Origin: Candidatus Omnitrophota bacterium
GTDB lineage: Bacteria; Omnitrophota; Gorgyraeia; Zapsychrales; JAHFFX01
Reading direction: 5' to 3'
DNA length: 64,000 bases
Assembly (NCBI GenBank): GCA_023247705.1
Contig: JAHFFY010000007.1
Location: 6,934 to 70,933, forward strand
Shown: piece after piece, positions 61,759 through 64,000 of the stretch
How the letters are laid out: the number at the start of each line of letters is the position of its first letter
How positions within the stretch are numbered: the first letter of the stretch is position 1
The notes under the pieces: model-generated
Told to the model about the DNA's origin: nothing
The model's database searches: none
The model's input: the letters and a program-made list of their open reading frames with translations, nothing else
Translations under genes and position numbers: made by a program

Positions 61759-61855
61759 TTATTGACCTTTTCCTTCCCAATGTTAAATCTCCAACTTTCG
61801 TCAGCGATGGAGGTTGGAGATTTAACATTCTTATTAGTAGAGAGAAGGTCAATAA
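61759..61855. repeat. ~100-bp nested palindromic intergenic repeat (copy D, second subfamily; outer stem GACCTT/AAGGTC)
   Basis: TTATTGACCTT..TTAAATCTCCAAC..GTTGGAGATTTAA..AAGGTCAATAA; abuts the stop of the TPR gene. Confidence 0.7.
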
Positions 61856-63135
61856 TCTCTAAGAAAACCAAACGCTCCCAGCCAGCTGGAGGCGATAAAT
61901 AAAATGAGAGATAATCCCGAAGCCGTTTCCAAGAGGGCCGACATTTCTTTTCCGTAAAAAAAGGACTCAGCCCCCCTGATCATTCCAACGCTTAAAATAA
62001 ATATTCCTATGGCACCGTAAACGATACGGCCGGCTTTATGATCATTGGTAAATGTACTCGAGAATGGGATCGTAGCCATGATCAGGGCAATCCCGATCGT
62101 GGTCATCACCAGGGCTTTGAACGCAATGCCGATCAATATAAAACTGATTCCGGCAAAAAATCCTCCGCCCGTGAAGATCCCATCCAGCTTTTCTGTTTTC
62201 TTCAAACTATACCGAGCAAACGGATCGCAGAGGATCAGCAAATTTCCGATCCCCCGGGAAAGCCATGTCCAGAAAAAGAAACCGTATAAAGCGATCAACC
62301 CTAAATACCCGACCACCGCCCAAGGCCCATTTAAAATGGCTAAAAATCCCTTGAGCGCCGAACGATACGCGATGTAAATTCCCATCAAAATCCAAATCCG
62401 TGCGCCTTTGGTCTGACGAGACATGAATAGTCCATACTCCAAATACAACCGATATAACGGTGATTTCGCTTTAAAGACTTCCAGCATCCCCGATCTGGCC
62501 GGCTCGAAATTGGGATCCAAGCGCAACGCTTCTTTAAAATGGATCTGGGCCTTTCGATAATCTCTCCGGTTTAAATAGACCCATCCGGCGTTGGAATGGG
62601 ACAGACTATTTTCGGGATCTTTGGCCAGAAGGTCAGAGGCCAAATGAACACTTTCATCGAGTTTGTTTTGCATCCGCAAAGCGTTGGCCAAAACGTTTCC
62701 GGCAAAGCGATTATCCGCGTCGAAGGAAAGAGCATCCCGCGCGGATTTTTCAGCATCGTTCCATTTTTCCAGCATAGAAAAAATATAGGCCTTGGCCGCG
62801 TGGGCATCGGGATATTGGGGATTAAGCCTCAACGCCTCATCGACCGTATCCAAAGCTAGTTTATGTTTCTTCAAACCGGAAAGGATCAAAGACTTCAATT
62901 GATAATAGGCCGGTTCCTGATTTTCATGTTTGAGAGCTTCATCGATCGTTTGCAAGGATTGTTTGCGTTGGTCGTCCAAATGATATTGCGCGACCGCAAG
63001 GAAATACAATAAATAATCGTTGGTCGGGGCCTGGGATAATTGGTCTTTAAAAGCCTGGACCGCTTCTTTATAACGGCCCTGGTCGATCAGGATCGTCCCT
63101 CTGCGAAAAGCCGTTTCCTGAAATGGTTCACTCAC
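61849..63135 (-). CDS. TPR-repeat protein with C-terminal multi-TM region
   Basis: 428 aa; tandem TPR-like repeats in the N-terminal half and about 4 TM helices in the C-terminal third; start overlaps the AAA gene stop by 4 nt. Confidence 0.65.
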   Translation of the reverse strand: MSEPFQETAFRRGTILIDQGRYKEAVQAFKDQLSQAPTNDYLLYFLAVAQYHLDDQRKQSLQTIDEALKHENQEPAYYQLKSLILSGLKKHKLALDTVDEALRLNPQYPDAHAAKAYIFSMLEKWNDAEKSARDALSFDADNRFAGNVLANALRMQNKLDESVHLASDLLAKDPENSLSHSNAGWVYLNRRDYRKAQIHFKEALRLDPNFEPARSGMLEVFKAKSPLYRLYLEYGLFMSRQTKGARIWILMGIYIAYRSALKGFLAILNGPWAVVGYLGLIALYGFFFWTWLSRGIGNLLILCDPFARYSLKKTEKLDGIFTGGGFFAGISFILIGIAFKALVMTTIGIALIMATIPFSSTFTNDHKAGRIVYGAIGIFILSVGMIRGAESFFYGKEMSALLETASGLSLILFIASSWLGAFGFLRDY

Positions 63136-64000
63136 TTTTTGATTCCCAGAAAGGATAAGATCGGATCGTATAATCCGCTTTGATTGGAATATAACGCGTA
63201 ATTCTTCGCGCTTTCAAACCACGCCTTGCTTGAAGGGATCAGGCGCTTCGCCTGTTTCAGCAGGTCGTTGGTGGTGATGGGAATGACACGGTTTTCCTGC
63301 ATCGCTTTTTGCAGCGAGGCTTCGGTGGCCAGATCAAATAACGCCTTCAGGTCCGCTCCAGAAAAATCTTTCGTCTTCTTGGCCAATTCTCGGATCTCCA
63401 ACTTCTCGACCGGTTTTCCTTTGGATAAAACCTGAATGATCTGTAATCTCGCCTCTTCATCCGGGGTTGGAACAAAAATAATGCGGTCAAACCGTCCCGG
63501 CCGCCGGAAGGCCGCATCGATATACCACGGCGCGTTGGTCGCCCCTAATATAAGGACGCCTTCATTGCTGGCGATATCCCCGTCCATCTCCGCTAAAAAT
63601 TGATTGATTAATGTCCGAGAGGCGCTATGTCGTAAATCCGTCCGGTTCGCGGCCAGGGCATCGATCTCATCGATAAACAAAACGCTCGGCGCGTTCTTGC
63701 GGGCCAGTTCAAATATTTCGTGGAGATTTTTTTCGCTGTTGCCCACATACATGTCCAGAATCTGGTGCAACCCGATCGAAATAAAACTCGCCTTGATCTC
63801 ACCCGCAGTCGCGCGGCTGACCAACGTTTTTCCGCATCCTGGGGGACCGTAAAGCAAAACCCCGCCGCCGGATTTCTTTCCATAGGCTTTGTAAATATCC
63901 GGACTCTGCAACGGATAAATGATTTTAAGCCGGATCTCCTCTTTGATATTTTCCAGTCCGCCAACGTCGGAAAAATTAATTTTCGGCCGTTCGATATTAT
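63132..64000 (-). CDS. AAA+ ATPase (partial; N-terminus lies beyond the window edge)
   Basis: Walker A GPPGCGKT and Walker B VLFIDEIDAL; the frame stays open upstream of the listed start (…FSDVGGLENIKEEIRLKIIYPLQSPDIYK…) to position 64000. Confidence 0.8.
   Translation of the reverse strand, partial: NIERPKINFSDVGGLENIKEEIRLKIIYPLQSPDIYKAYGKKSGGGVLLYGPPGCGKTLVSRATAGEIKASFISIGLHQILDMYVGNSEKNLHEIFELARKNAPSVLFIDEIDALAANRTDLRHSASRTLINQFLAEMDGDIASNEGVLILGATNAPWYIDAAFRRPGRFDRIIFVPTPDEEARLQIIQVLSKGKPVEKLEIRELAKKTKDFSGADLKALFDLATEASLQKAMQENRVIPITTNDLLKQAKRLIPSSKAWFESAKNYALYSNQSGLYDPILSFLGIKK

Noticed and set aside
1-64000. CRISPR arrays, rRNA or tRNA genes
   Set aside because: No regularly spaced short direct repeats were found. 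The only repeats are the four ~100-bp palindromic elements and one large inverted repeat. No rRNA-like or cloverleaf-compatible segments were seen.

Overview
This 64-kb window looks like a bacterial chromosomal segment with roughly mid-40s % GC, coded almost entirely on the minus strand. Gene content (a giant ORF, type IV minor pilins, many secreted proteins of unknown function) is typical of an uncultivated, possibly Omnitrophota-like lineage. That lineage guess is inference only.

The dominant feature is one 13.7-kb ORF (5264..18925, 4553 aa). It has an N-terminal membrane anchor, a clear GHKL-type ATPase signature, about four tandem divergent ~530-aa super-repeats, and a C-terminal HExxH motif. 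No characterised family matches this architecture.

Other content, in order along the window:
- A secreted dienelactone hydrolase.
- A TonB-dependent receptor preceded by a cobalamin-riboswitch-like leader with an intrinsic terminator.
- A small copper-handling operon (YHS / DUF2231 / Met-rich periplasmic protein).
- A TetR regulator flanked on both sides by ATACC-N8-GGTAT palindromes, divergent from an MFS transporter and directly upstream of an HtrA-family protease carrying one in-frame TAG.
- A marR / RND efflux operon in which the RND permease and outer-membrane factor read as a single 1520-aa in-frame fusion. A single-A length change in an A5 run would restore two separate genes.
- A PanE-like reductase and a GT-C-like membrane protein downstream of the efflux genes.
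- An otsA-otsB-GH15 trehalose operon.
- A sensor kinase / OmpR two-component system plus two orphan receiver genes.
- A decayed alpha/beta hydrolase gene with two in-frame TAGs and a T8 frameshift.
- A cyclophilin PPIase.
- A run of five secreted proteins of unknown function.
- An XRE-type HTH regulator, an ABC-F ATPase, and a type IV minor-pilin cluster (PilV/W/X-like) facing a GT-C-like membrane protein.
- A 127-aa remnant that fuses the cydA N-terminus to the cydB C-terminus.
- RlpA, and a TPR protein coupled to an AAA+ ATPase that runs off the window edge.

Two noncoding repeat classes stand out. One is a family of ~100-bp nested palindromic intergenic elements in four copies and two subfamilies, with compensatory stem substitutions. 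The other is a ~200-bp nested inverted repeat downstream of the TonB receptor gene.

Three separate frame disruptions sit at homopolymer runs (T8, A5, G4). This points to homopolymer sequencing error in the assembly and weakens any pseudogene or fusion call that rests on them. No CRISPR array, rRNA or tRNA was found.
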